A DNA stretch of 64,000 nt, taken from NCBI RefSeq assembly GCF_009914755.1, contig NC_060933.1; one strand, written 5' to 3'. Source of the stretch: the human T2T-CHM13v2.0 reference genome, Homo sapiens. This document shows positions 1 to 14,110 of the stretch, in pieces; the stretch's first letter is position 1; every line of letters begins with the position of its first letter. Below the pieces are notes generated by a model that had not been told where the DNA came from, did no database searches, and was given only the letters and a program-made list of their open reading frames with translations. Made by a program: the position numbers and the translations under genes.

Positions 1-3000
1 TCCATTCGGGTTGTTTCCATTCCTTTCCATTCCATTCAATTCCATTCCATTCCATTCCATTCCGTATGATTCCATTCCATTGCATTCTATTCCATTCCAT
101 TCCCCTGCACTCGGGTGGATTCCATTCTATTCCATTCCATTCCATTCCATTCCATTCCATTGAAATCGAGTTGATTCCATTCCATTCCATTCCATTCAAT
201 TCCATTCCATTCCATTCTATTCGGGTTAATTCCATTCCATTCCATTCCATTCCCTTCCATTCCATTCCATTCTATTCCATTCCATTCCATTCTATTAGGG
301 TTAATTCCATTCCATTCCATTCCATTCCATTCCATTCCATTCCATTCCATTCCTTTGCAATCGAGTTTATTCCATTCCATTCCATTCCATTCCATTCCAT
401 TCCATTCAATTCCATTGAACTCGGGTTGATTCCATTCCATTCCATGCCATTCCATTTCATTCCAATCCATTGCCTTCCATTCCATTCCATTCCTCTGCAC
501 TCGGGTTGATTCCATTCCTTTCCATTCCATTCGATTCCATTCCATGCCATTCCACTCGGGTTGATTCCATTACTTTCCATTCCATTCGAGTTGAATCCAT
601 TCCATTCGATTCCATTCCATTCGATTCCATTCCATTGCTCACGGGTTCATTCCATTCCATTCCATTCCATTCCATTCTATTCCATTTCATTCCATTTCGT
701 TCCATTCCATTCTCTTCCGTACCATTCCATTCCATTCCATTCCACTCCATTCCATGCCATTCCACTCGGGTTTATTCCATTCCTTTCCATTCCATTCGGG
801 TTGAATTCATTCCATTCCATTCCATTCCATTCCATTCCATTCCATTCCATTGCACTCGGGTTGATTCCATTCCATTCCATTCCATTCCACTCCATTCCAT
901 TGCACTCGGGTTGATTCCATTCCTTTCCATTCCATTCCAGTTGAACCCATTCCATTCTATTCCATTCCATTCCATTCCATTCCATTCCATTCCATTCCTT
1001 TGCACACGGGTTCATTCCATTCCATTCCATTCCATTCCATTCCATTCCATTCCATTCCATTCCATTCCATTTCGTTCCATTCCATTCTATTCCTTACCAT
1101 TCCATTCCATTCCATTCCCTTCCATGCCATTTCACTCGGGTTTATTCCATTCCTTTCCATTCCATTCGGGTTGAATCCATTCCATTCCATTCCATTCCAT
1201 TCTATTCCATTCCATTCCATTCCATTCCATTGAACTCGGGTTGATTCCATTCCATTCCATGCCATTCCATTTCATTCCATTCCATTCCATTCCGTTCCAT
1301 TCCATTCCATTCCTTTCCGTTCAATTCCATTACATTCGGATTGATTCTTTTTAATTCCCTTACACTCCATTACATTCCATTCCATTCGGGTAGTTTCCAT
1401 TCCATTCCATTCCATTCCTCTGCATTCTATTGCACTCGGGTTGATTGATTCCATTCCATTGCATTCCATTCCATTTAGGATGATTCCATTCCATTGCATT
1501 CCATTCCATTCCATTCCCCTGCACTCGTGTTGATTCCATTCCTTTCCATTCCATTCCATTCCGTTCCATTCCATTCCATTACATTCGTACTGATTGTACT
1601 CAATTCCCTTACACTCCATTACTTTCCATTCCTTTCGGGTTGTTTCCATTCCATTACATTCCATTCTACTCCATTCCATTGCACTCAGGTTGATTCCATT
1701 CCATTCCATTCCATTCCATTCCATTTCGTTCCATTCCATTCTATTCCGTACCATTCCATTCCATTCCATTCCATTCCATGCCATTCCACTCAGGTTTATT
1801 ACATTCCTTTCCATTCCATTCGGGTTGAATCCATTCCATTCCATTCCATTCCATTCCATTCCATTCCATTCCATTCCATTCCTTTGCACTCGGGTTGATT
1901 CCATTCCATTCCCTGCCTTTCCATTTCATTCCATTCCATTCCATTCCATTCCATTCCATTCCATTCCGTTCCATTCCATTCCATTACATTCGGATTGATT
2001 GTATTCAATTCCCTTACACTCCATTACATTCCATTTCATTCGGGTTGTTTCCGTTCCATTACATTCCATTCCACTCCATTCCATTGCACTCAGGTTGATT
2101 CCATTCCATTCCATTCCATTCCATTCCATTCCATTCCATTTCGTTCCATTCCATTCTATTCCGTACCATTCCATTCCATTCCATTCCATTCCATTCCATG
2201 CCATTCCACTCGGTTTGATTCCATTCCTTTCCATTCCATTCGGGTTGAATCCATTCCATTCCATTCCATTGCATTCCGTTCCATTCCATTCCCCTGCAAT
2301 CGGGTGGATTCCATTCTATTCCATTCCATTCCATTCATTCCATTCCATTCCATTCCATTTCGTTCCATTCCATTCTATTCCGTACCTTTACATTCCATTC
2401 CATTCCATTCCATGGCATGCCATTCCACTCGAGTTGATTCCATTCCTTTCCATTCCATTCTAGTTGAATCCATTCCATTGCATTCCATTCCATTCGATTC
2501 CATTCAATTGCACACGGGTTCATTCCATTCCATTCCATTCCATTCCATTCCATTCCATTCCATTTCGTTCCATTCCATTCTATTCCGTACCATTCCCTTC
2601 CATTCCATTCCATTCCACTCCATTCCATGCCATTCCACTCGGGTTTATTCCATTCCTTTCCATTCCATTCGGGTTGAATCCATTCCATTCGGGTTGAATC
2701 CATTCCATTCCATTCCATTCCATTCCATTCCATTCCATTCCATGCCATTCCACTCGGGTTGATTCCATTCCTTTCCATTCCATTCGAGTTGAACCCATTC
2801 CATTCCATTCCATTCCATTCCATTCCATTCCATTCCATTGCTCACGGGTTCATTCCATCCAATTCCATTCCATTCCATTCCATTCCATTCCATTTCGTTC
2901 CATTCCATTCTACTCCGTACCATTGCATTCCATTCCATTCCCTTCCATGCCATTTCACTCGGGTTTATTCCTTTCCTTTCCATTCCATTCGGGTTGAATC

Positions 3001-3590
3001 CATTCCATTCCATTCCATTGCATTCCATTCCATTCCATTCCCCTGCAATCGGGTGGATTCCATTCTATTCCATTCCATTCCATTCCATTCCATTCCATTC
3101 CATTTCGTTCCATTCCATTTTATTCCGTACCCTTCCATTCCATTCCATTCCATTCCATTACATGCCATGCCATTCCACTCGGGTTGATTCCATTGCTTTC
3201 CATTCCATTTGGGTTGAATCTAATCCATTCCATTCCATTCCATTCCATTCCATTCCATTCCATTGCACTAGGTTTGATTCCATTTCACTGCATTCCATTC
3301 CATTCCATTCCATTAAATTCCATTCCACTCGGGTTGATTCCATTCCTTTCCATTCCATTGGTGTTGAATCCATTCCATTCCATTCCATTACTTTCGATTC
3401 CATTCCATTGCACTCGGGTTGAACCCATTCCATTGGATTCCATTCCATTCCATTGCATTCCATTCCGTTCCTTTCCATTCCATTACATTCGTATTGATTC
3501 TATTGACTTCCCTTACACTCCATGCCATTCCATTCCATTCGGGTTGTTTCCATTCCATTCCATTCCATTCCACTCCATTCCATTGCACTC
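1..3590. repeat. Near-identical segmental copy A1 (partner ~10544-14110, offset ~10.54 kb)
   Basis: ORF-track twins 470/11008, 1494/12032, 2838/13391, 3419/13952 (offsets 10533-10553). Shared rare variants: cgtactgattgtactc, catccaattcc, cattaaattcc, cattggtgttg, attgacttccc. Confidence 0.92.
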
Positions 3591-3866
3591 GGGTTGATTC
3601 CATTCCATTCCATTCCATTCCGGATGATTCCATTCCATTGCATTCCGTTCCATTACATTCTATTCCGTACCATTCCATTCCATTCCATACCATTCCATTC
3701 CATTCCATTCCATTCCATTCCATTCCATTCCATTCCATTCTATTCGGATTAATTCCATTCCATTCCATTCCATTCCATTCCATTCCATTCTATTCCATTC
3801 CATTGCAATCGAGTTGAATCCATTGCATTTCATTCCATTCCATTCCATTCCATTCCATTCCATTCC

Positions 3867-6800
3867 ATTCCGGAAGATTCCATTCCATTGCATTCCATTC
3901 CATTCCATTCCCCTGCACTCGAGGTGATTCCATTCCATTCCATTCCATTCAGTTCCATTCCATTCCATTCCATTCCTCTCCATTCCATTGCACTCGGGTT
4001 GATTCCTTTCCATTGCATTCCATTCCATTCCATTCAATTCCATTCCGTTCCATTCCATTCCATGACATTCGGATTGATTCTATTCAACTCCCTTACTCTC
4101 CATTATATTCCATTCCATTCGGGTTGTTCCATTCCATTCCATTCCATTCCACTCCATTCCATTGCACTCGGGTTGATTCCATTCCATTCCATTCCATTCC
4201 ATTCCATTCCGGAAGATTCCATTCCATTGCATTCCATTCCATTCCATTCCCCTGCACTCGCGTTGATTCCATTCCATTCCATTCCATTCCATTCCATTCC
4301 GTTCCGTTCCATTCCATTCCATTCCATTCCATTCCATTCCATTCCGTTCCGTTCCATTCCATTCCATTCCATTCTATTCGGGTTAATTCCATTCCATTCC
4401 ATTCGATTGCAATCGAGTTGATTCCATTCCATTCCATTCCATTCCATTCCATTCCATTCCATTCCTTTCCATTCCATTACGGATGATTCCATTCCATTGC
4501 ATTCCATTCCATTCCATTCCCCTGTACTCGGGTTGATTCCATTCCATTTCATTCCAATCCATGCCATTCCACTCGTGTTGATTCCATTCTTTCCATTCCA
4601 TTCAAGTTGAATCCATTCCATTGCATTCCATTCCATTCGATTCCATTCGATTGCACTCGGGTTGATTCCATTCCATTGCATTCCATTCCATTCCATTGCA
4701 TTCCATTCCATTCCATTCCATTCCATTCCATTCCATTACATTCGGATTGATTCTATTCAATTCCCTTACACTCCATTACATTCCATTCCATTCGGGTAGT
4801 TTCCATTCCATTCCATTCCATTCCTCTCCATTCCATTGCACTCGGGTTGATTCCATTCCATTGCATTCCATTCCATTCCAGTCAATTCCATTCCGTTCCA
4901 TTCCATTCCATTACATTCGGATTGATTCTATTCAACTCCCTTACTCTCCATTACATTCCATTCCATCGGGTTGTTCCATTCCATTCCATTCCATTCCACT
5001 CCATTCCATTGCACTCGGGTTGATTCCATTCTATTCCATTAAATTCCATTCCATTCCATTCCATTCCGTTCCGGAAGATTCCATTCCACTGCATTCCATT
5101 CCATTCCATTCCCCTGCACTCGCGTTGATTCCATTCCATTCCATTCTATTCCATTCCATTCCCTTCCTTTCCGTTCCATTCCATTCCATTCCATTCCATT
5201 CCATTCCGTTCCGTTCCATTCCATTCAATTCCATTCTATTCGGGTTAATTCCATTCCATTCCATTCGATTGCAATCGAGTTGATTCCATTCCATTCCATT
5301 CCATTCCATTCTATTCCTTTCCATTCCATTACGGATGATTCCATTCCATTGCATTCCATTCCGTTCCATTCCCCTGTACTCGGGTTGATTCCATTCCATT
5401 CCATTCCAATCCATGCCATTCCACTCGTGTTGATTCCATTCTTTCCCTTCCATTCAAGTTGAATCCATTCCATTGCATTCCATTCCATTCGATTCCATTC
5501 GATTGCACTCGGGTTGATTCCATTCCATTGCATTCTATTCCATTCCATTCCATTCCATTCCATTCCGTTCCATTCCATTCCATTACATTCGGATTGATGC
5601 TATTCAATTCCCTTACACTCCATTACATTCCATTCCATTCGGGTAGTTTCCATTCCATTCCATTCCATTCGTCTCCATTCCATTGAACGCGGGTTGATTC
5701 CATTCCATTGCATTCCATTCCATTCCATTCAATTCCATTCCGTTCCATTCCATTCCATTACATTCGGATTCATTCTATTCAACTCCCTTACTATCCATTA
5801 CATTCCATTCCATTCGGGTTGTTCCATTCCATTCCATTCCATTCCATTCGACTCCATTCCATTGCACTCGGGTTGATTCCATTCCATTCCATTCCATTCC
5901 ATTCCATTCCATTCCGGAAGATTCCATTCCATTGCATTCCATTCCATTCCATTCCCCTGGACTCGCGTTGATTCCATTCCATTCCATTCTATTCCATTCG
6001 ATTCCCTTCCTTTTCGTTCCATTCCATTCCATTCCATTCCATTCCATTCTATTCGGGTTAATTCCATTCCATTCCATTCCATTCCATTACAATCGAGTTG
6101 ATTCCATTCCATTCCATTCCATTCCAGTCTTTTCTATTCCATTCCTCTCGGGTTGATTCCATTCTATTAGTTTCCATTCCATTCCATTCCCTTCCATTCC
6201 ACTCTGGTTGATTCCATTCCTTTCCATTCCACTCGAATACATTCCCTCCTATTCCACTCGGAACGATTCCATTCCATTCCATTCCATTCCATTCCATTCC
6301 ATTCCATTCCATTTCGTTCCATTCCATTCTATTCCGTATCATTCCATTCCATTCCATTCCCTTCCATTCCATTCGATTCCATTCCATTCCATTGTACTCG
6401 GTTTGATTCAATTCCATTGCATTCCATTCCATTCCATTCCATTCCATTCCGTTGCATTCCATTCCATTACATTCGGATTGATTCTATTCAACTCCCTTAC
6501 TCTCCATTACATTCCATTCCATTCGGGTTGCTCCATTCCATTCCATTCCATTCCACTCCATTCCATTGCACTTGGGTTGATTCCATTCCATTCCATTCCA
6601 TTCCATTCCATTCCATTGCGGATGATTCCATTCCATTGCATTCCGTTCCATTACATTCCCCTGCACTCGCGTTGATTCCATTCCATTCCATTCCATTCCA
6701 TTCAATTCCATTCCATTACAATTCGTTCCATTCCATTCTATTCCGTACCATTCCATTCCGTTCCATACCATTCCATTCCATTCCATTCCATTCCGTTCCA

Positions 6801-9151
6801 TTCCGTTCCATTACATTCCATTCCATTCTATTCGAATTAATTCCATTCCATTCCATTCCATTCCATTCTATTCCATTCCATTGCAATCGAGTTGAACCCA
6901 TTGCATTTCATTCCATTCCATTCCTTTCCATTCCATTCCGGAAGATTCCATTCCATTGCATTCCATTCCAATCCATTCCCCTGCACTCGAGTTGATTCCA
7001 TTCCATTCCATTCCATTCCATTCCATTCCGTTCCGTTCCGTTCCATTCCATTCCATTCCATTCTATTCGGGTTAATTCCATTCCATTCCATTCGATTGCA
7101 ATCGAGTTGATTCCATTCCATTCCATTCCATTCCATTCCATTCCATTCCATTCCAATCGAGTTGATTGCATTCCATTCCATTCCATTCCATTCCACTCCA
7201 TTCCAGTCCTTTCCATTCCATTCCACTCGGGTTGATTCCATTCTATTCCTTTCCATTCCATTCCATTCCATTGCAATCGAGTTGATTCAATTGCTTTGCA
7301 TTCCATTCCATTCCATTCCATTCCGGATGATTCCATTCCATTGCATTCCATTCCATTCCTTTCCCCTGCACTCGGGTTGATTCCATTCCATTCCACTCCA
7401 TTCCGTTCCATTCCATTCCATTCCATTTTATTCGGGTTAATTCCATTCCATGCCATTCCATTCCATTCCATTCCATTCTATTACAATCGAGTTGATTCCA
7501 TTCCATTCCATTCCATTCCATTCCATTCCATTCCAGTCCTTTCCATTCCATTCCACTCGGGTTGATTCCATTCTATTAGTTTCCATTCCATTCCATTCCC
7601 TTCCATTCCACTCTGGTTGATTCCATTCCTTTCCATTCCAATCGAATACATTCCCTCCTATTCCACTCGGATCGATTCCATTCCATTCCATTCCATTCCA
7701 TTCCATTCCATTCCATTCCATTCCATTCCATTTCGTTCCATTCCATTCTATTCCGTACCATTCCATTCCATTCCATTCCATTCCATTCCATTCCATTCCA
7801 CTCTTGTTGATTCCATTCCTTTCCATTCCATTCGGTTTGAAGGCATTCCATTCCATTCAATTCCATTCCATTCCATTCCATTCCATTCCATTCCATTCCA
7901 TTGTACTCGGGTTGATTCCATTCCATTCCATTCCATTCCATTCCATTCCATTCCGTTGCATTCCATTCCATTACATTCGGACTGATTCTATTCAACTCCC
8001 TTACTCTCCATTACATTCCATTCCATTCGGGTTGTTCCATTCCATTCCATTCCATTCCACTCCATTCCATTGCACTCGGGTTGATTCCATTCCATTCCAT
8101 TCCATACCATTCCATTCCATTCCATTCCATTCCATTCCGTTCCATTCCGTTCCATTCCATTCCATTCCATTCTATTCGGGTTAATTCCATTCCATTCCAT
8201 TCCATTCCATTCTATTCCATTCCATTGCAATCGAGTTGAATCCATTGCATTTCATGCCATTCCATTCCATTCCATTCCATTCCGGAAGGTTCCATTCCAT
8301 TGCATTCCATACAATTCCATTTCCCTGCACTCGCGTTGATTCCATTCCATTCCATTCCATTCCATTCCATTCCATTCCGTTCCGTTCCGTTCCATTCCAT
8401 TCTATTCCATTCCATTGCATTCCATTCCGTTCCGTTCCATTCCATTCCATTCCATTCTATTTGGGTTAATTCCATTCCATTCCATTCGATTGCTATCGAG
8501 TTGATTCCATTCCATTCCATTCCATTCCATTCCATTCCATTCCATTCCTTTCCATTACATTACGGATGATTCCATTCCATTGCATTCCATTCCATTCCAT
8601 TCCCCTGTACTCGGGTTGATTCCATTCCATTCCATTCCAATCCATGCCATTCCACTCGTATTGATTCCATTCTTTCCATTCCATTCAAGTTGAATCCATT
8701 CCATTGCATTCCATTCCATTCCATTCCATTCGATTGCACTCGGGTTGATTCCATTCCATTGTATTCCATTCCATTCCATTCCATTCCATTCCATTCCATT
8801 CCATTCCATTCCGTTCCATTCCATTCCATTACATTCGGATTGATTCTATTCAATTCCCTTACACTCCATTACATTCCATTCCATTCGGGTAGTTTCCATT
8901 CCTTTCCATTCCATTCCTCTCCATTCCATTGCACTCGGGTTGATTCCATTCCATTGCATTCCATTCGATACCATTCAATTCCATTCCGTTCCATTCCATT
9001 CCATTACATTCGGATTGATTCTATTCAACTCCCTTACTCTCCATTACATTCGATTCCATTCGGGTTGTTCCATTCCATTCCATTCCATTCCTCTCCATTC
9101 CATTGCACTCGGGTTGATTCCATTCCATTCCATTCCATTCCGGAAGATTCC
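3867..9151. promoter_or_regulatory. Cluster of 7 perfect 3-unit HSE sequence matches (nTTCn-nGAAn-nTTCn); binding unproven
   Basis: (a/g)ttcc-ggaag-(a/g)ttcc starting at 3867, 4206, 5068, 5911, 6935, 8279 and 9137. Matches the canonical HSF1 element of alternating inverted nGAAn units. The motif match is seen; function is inferred. Confidence 0.5.
3900..6060. repeat. Tandem ~0.85 kb higher-order units (about 2.5 copies)
   Basis: Marker cattcaagttgaatcc at ~4600 and ~5451. ttccggaagattcc at 4206, 5068 and 5911. aactcccttact at ~4086, ~4934 and ~5781. Confidence 0.8.
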
Positions 9152-10543
9152 ATTCCATTGCATTCCATTAAATTCCATTCCCCTGTACTCGCGTTGATTC
9201 CATTCCATTCCATTCCATTCCTTTGCATTCCATTGCATTCCATTGCACTCCATTCCCCTGCACTCAGGTTGATTCCATTCCATTCCATTCCATTCCATTC
9301 CATTCTATTCGCGTTAATTCCATTCCACTCCATTCCATTACATTCCATTGCAATCGACTTGATTCCATTCCATTCCATTCCATTCCATTCCATTCCATTC
9401 CATTCCATTCCCTTCCATTCCACTCTGGTTGATTCCATTCCTTTCCATTCTACTCGATTGCATTCCCTTCTATTCCACTCGGATTGATTCCATTCCATTC
9501 CGTTCCATTCCATTCCATTTCGTTCCATTCCATTCTATTCCATTCCATTCCATTCCATTCCTTTCCATTCCATTCCGTTCCATTCCATTCCATTCCATTC
9601 CATTTGTTTCCATTCCATTCTATTCCATACCATTCCATTCCATTCCGTTCCATGCCATTCCACTCGGGTTGATTCCATTGCTTTCCATTCCATTTGGGTT
9701 GAATCCATTCCATTCCATTCCATTCCATTCCATTCCATTCCATTCCGTTCCATTCCATTCCATTACATTCGTATTGATTGTATTCAATTCCCTTACACTC
9801 CATTACATTCCATTCCATTCGGGTTGTTTCCATTCCATTCCATTCCATTCCACTCCATTCCATTGCAGTCGGGTTGATTCCATTCCATTCCATTCCATTC
9901 CCTTCCATTCCATTTCGTTCCATTCCATTCTATTCCATACGATTCCATTCCATTCCATTCCATTCCATTCCATTCCATGCCATTCCACTCGGGTTGATTC
10001 CTTTCCATTCCATTCCATTCGGGTTGAAACCATTCCATTCCTTTCAATTCCATTCCATTTCGGATGATTGCATTCCATTGCCTTCCATTCAATTGCATTC
10101 CCCTGCACCCGGGTTGATTCCATTCAATTCCATTCCATTCCATTCCGTTCCATTCCATTCCATACCATTCCATTCCATTCCATTCCATTCTATTTGGGTT
10201 AATTCCATTCCATTCCATTCCATTCCATTCAGTTTCATTGCAATCGGGTTGATTCGATTCCGTTCCATTCCATTGCATTCCATTCCATTCCATTCCATTC
10301 CATTCCATTCCATTCCATTCCATTCCATTCAACTCGGGTTGATTCCATTCCTTTCCATTCCATTCGGGGTGAAGCCTTTCCATTCCATTCCATTCCTTTC
10401 GATTCCATTCCATTGCACTCGGGTTGATCCCATTCCTTTGCATTCCATTCCATTCCATTCCATTCCATTCCATTCCGTTCCATTCAATTCCATTACATTC
10501 GGATTGATTCTATTCAATTCCCTTACAGTCCATCACATTCCAT

Positions 10544-13500
10544 TCCATTCGGGTTGTTTCCATTCCTTTCCATTCCATTCAATTCCATTCCATTCCATTC
10601 CATTCCGTATGATTCCATTCCATTGCATTCTATTCCATTCCATTCCCCTGCACTCGGGTGGATTCCATTCTATTCCATTCCATTCCATTCCATTCCATTC
10701 CATTGAAATCGAGTTGATTCCATTCCATTCCATTCCATTCAATTCCATTCCATTCCATTCTATTCGGTTTAATTCCATTCCATTCCATTCCATTCCCTTC
10801 CATTCCATTCCATTCTATTCCATTCCATTCCATTCTATTAGGGTTAATTCCATTCCATTCCATTCCATTCCATTCCATTCCATTCCATTCCATTCCTTTG
10901 CAATCGAGTTTATTCCATTCCATTCCATTCCATTCCATTCCATTCAATTCCATTGAACTCGGGTTGATTCCATTCCATTCCATGCCATTCCATTTCATTC
11001 CAATCCATTGCCTTCCATTCCATTCCATTCCTCTGCACTCGGGTTGATTCCATTCCTTTCCATTCCATTCGATTCCATTCCATGCCATTCCACTCGGGTT
11101 GATTCCATTACTTTCCATTCCATTCGAGTTGAATCCATTCCATTCGATTCCATTCCATTCGATTCCATTCCATTGCTCACGGGTTCATTCCATTCCATTC
11201 CATTCCATTCCATTCTATTCCATTTCATTCCATTTCGTTCCATTCCATTCTCTTCCGTACCATTCCATTCCATTCCATTCCACTCCATTCCATGCCATTC
11301 CACTCGGGTTTATTCCATTCCTTTCCATTCCATTCGGGTTGAATTCATTCCATTCCATTCCATTCCATTCCATTCCATTCCATTCCATTGCACTCGGGTT
11401 GATTCCATTCCATTCCATTCCATTCCACTCCATTCCATTGCACTCGTGTTGATTCCATTCCTTTCCATTCCATTCCAGTTGAACCCATTCCATTCTATTC
11501 CATTCCATTCCATTCCATTCCATTCCATTCCATTCCTTTGCACACGGGTTCATTCCATTCCATTCCATTCCATTCCATTCCATTCCATTCCATTCCATTC
11601 CATTCCATTTCGTTCCATTCCATTCTATTCCTTACCATTCCATTCCATTCCATTCCCTTCCATGCCATTTCACTCGGGTTTATTCCATTCCTTTCCATTC
11701 CATTCGGGTTGAATCCATTCCATTCCATTCCATTCCATTCTATTCCATTCCATTCCATTCCATTCCATTGAACTCGGGTTGATTCCATTCCATTCCATGC
11801 CATTCCATTTCATTCCATTCCATTCCATTCCGTTCCATTCCATTCCATTCCTTTCCGTTCAATTCCATTACATTCGGATTGATTCTTTTTAATTCCCTTA
11901 CACTCCATTACATTCCATTCCATTCGGGTAGTTTCCATTCCATTCCATTCCATTCCTCTGCATTCTATTGCACTCGGGTTGATTGATTCCATTCCATTGC
12001 ATTCCATTCCATTCAGGATGATTCCATTCCATTGCATTCCATTCCATTCCATTCCCCTGCACTCGTGTTGATTCCATTCCTTTCCATTCCATTCCATTCC
12101 GTTCCATTCCATTCCATTACATTCGTACTGATTGTACTCAATTCCCTTACACTCCATTACTTTCCATTCCTTTCGGGTTGTTTCCATTCCATTACATTCC
12201 ATTCTACTCCATTCCATTGCACTCAGGTTGATTCCATTCCATTCCATTCCATTCCATTCCATTTCGTTCCATTCCATTCTATTCCGTACCATTCCATTCC
12301 ATTCCATTGCATTCCATGCCATTCCACTCAGGTTTATTACATTCCTTTCCATTCCATTCGGGTTGAATCCATTCCATTCCATTCCATTCCATTCCATTCC
12401 ATTCCATTCCTTTGCACTCGGGTTGATTCCATTCCATTCCCTGCCATTCCATTTCATTCCATTCCATTCCATTCCATTCCATTCCATTCCATTCCATTCC
12501 GTTCCATTCCATTCCATTACATTCGGATTGATTGTATTCAATTCCCTTACACTCCATTACATTCCATTTCATTCGGGTTGTTTCCGTTCCATTACATTCC
12601 ATTCCACTCCATTCCATTGCACTCAGGTTGATTCCATTCCATTCCATTCCATTCCATTCCATTCCATTCCATTCCATTCCATTTCGTTCCATTCCATTCT
12701 ATTCCGTACCATTCCATTCCATTCCATTCCATTCCATTCCATGCCATTCCACTCGGGTTGATTCCATTCCTTTCCATTCCATTCGGGTTGAATCCATTCC
12801 ATTCCATTCCATTGCATTCCGTTCCATTCCATTACCCTGCAATCGGGTGGATTCCATTCTATTCCATTCCATTCCATTCATTCCATTCCATTCCATTCCA
12901 TTTCGTTCCATTCCATTCTATTCCGTACCTTTCCATTCCATTCCATTCCATTCCATTCCATTCCATTCCATGCCATGCCATTCCACTCGAGTTGATTCCA
13001 TTCCTTTCCATTCCATTCTAGTTGAATCCATTCCATTGCATTCCATTCCATTCGATTCCATTCAATTGCACACGGGTTCATTCCATTCCATTCCATTCCA
13101 TTCCATTCCATTCCATTTCGTTCCATTCCATTCTATTCCGTACCATTCCCTTCCATTCCATTCCATTCCACTCCATTCCATGCCATTCCACTCGGGTTTA
13201 TTCCATTCCTTTCCATTCCATTCGGGTTGAATCCATTCCATTCGGGTTGAATCCATTCCATTCCATTCCATTCCATTCCATTCCATTCCATTCCATGCCA
13301 TTCCACTCGGGTTGATTCCATTCCTTTCCATTCCATTCGAGTTGAACCCATTCCATTCCATTCCATTCCATTCCATTCCATTCCATTCCATTGCTCACGG
13401 GTTCATTCCATCCAATTCCATTCCATTCCATTCCATTCCATTCCATTTCGTTCCATTCCATTCTACTCCGTACCATTGCATTCCAATCCATTCCCTTCCA

Positions 13501-14110
13501 TGCCATTTCACTCGGGTTTATTCCTTTCCTTTCCATTCCATTCGGGTTGAATCCATTCCATTCCATTCCATTGCATTCCATTCCATTCCATTCCCCTGCA
13601 ATCGGGTGGATTCCATTCTATTCCATTCCATTCCATTCCATTTCGTTCCATTCCATTCTATTCCGTACCCTTCCATTCCATTCCATTCCATTCCATTCCA
13701 TGCCATGCCATTCCACTCGGGTTGATTCCATTGCTTTCCATTCCATTTGGGTTGAATCTAATCCATTCCATTCCATTCCATTCCATTCCATTCCATTGCA
13801 CTAGGTTTGATTCCATTTCACTGCATTCCATTCCATTCCATTCCATTAAATTCCATTCCACTCGGGTTGATTCCATTCCTTTCCATTCCATTGGTGTTGA
13901 ATCCATTCCATTCCATTCCATTACTTTCGATTCCATTCCATTGCACTCGGGTTGAACCCATTCCATTGGATTCCATTCCATTCCATTGCATTCCATTCCG
14001 TTCCTTTCCATTCCATTACATTCGTATTGATTCTATTGACTTCCCTTACACTCCATGCCATTCCATTCCATTCGGGTTGTTTCCATTCCATTCCACTCCA
14101 TTCCATTGCA
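10544..14110. repeat. Near-identical segmental copy A2 of 1-3590
   Basis: Same module order and private variants as 1-3590. Differences are mostly 5-bp unit-number changes. Similarity ends after ~14110 (gcaatcaggttg versus gcactcgggttg). Confidence 0.92.
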
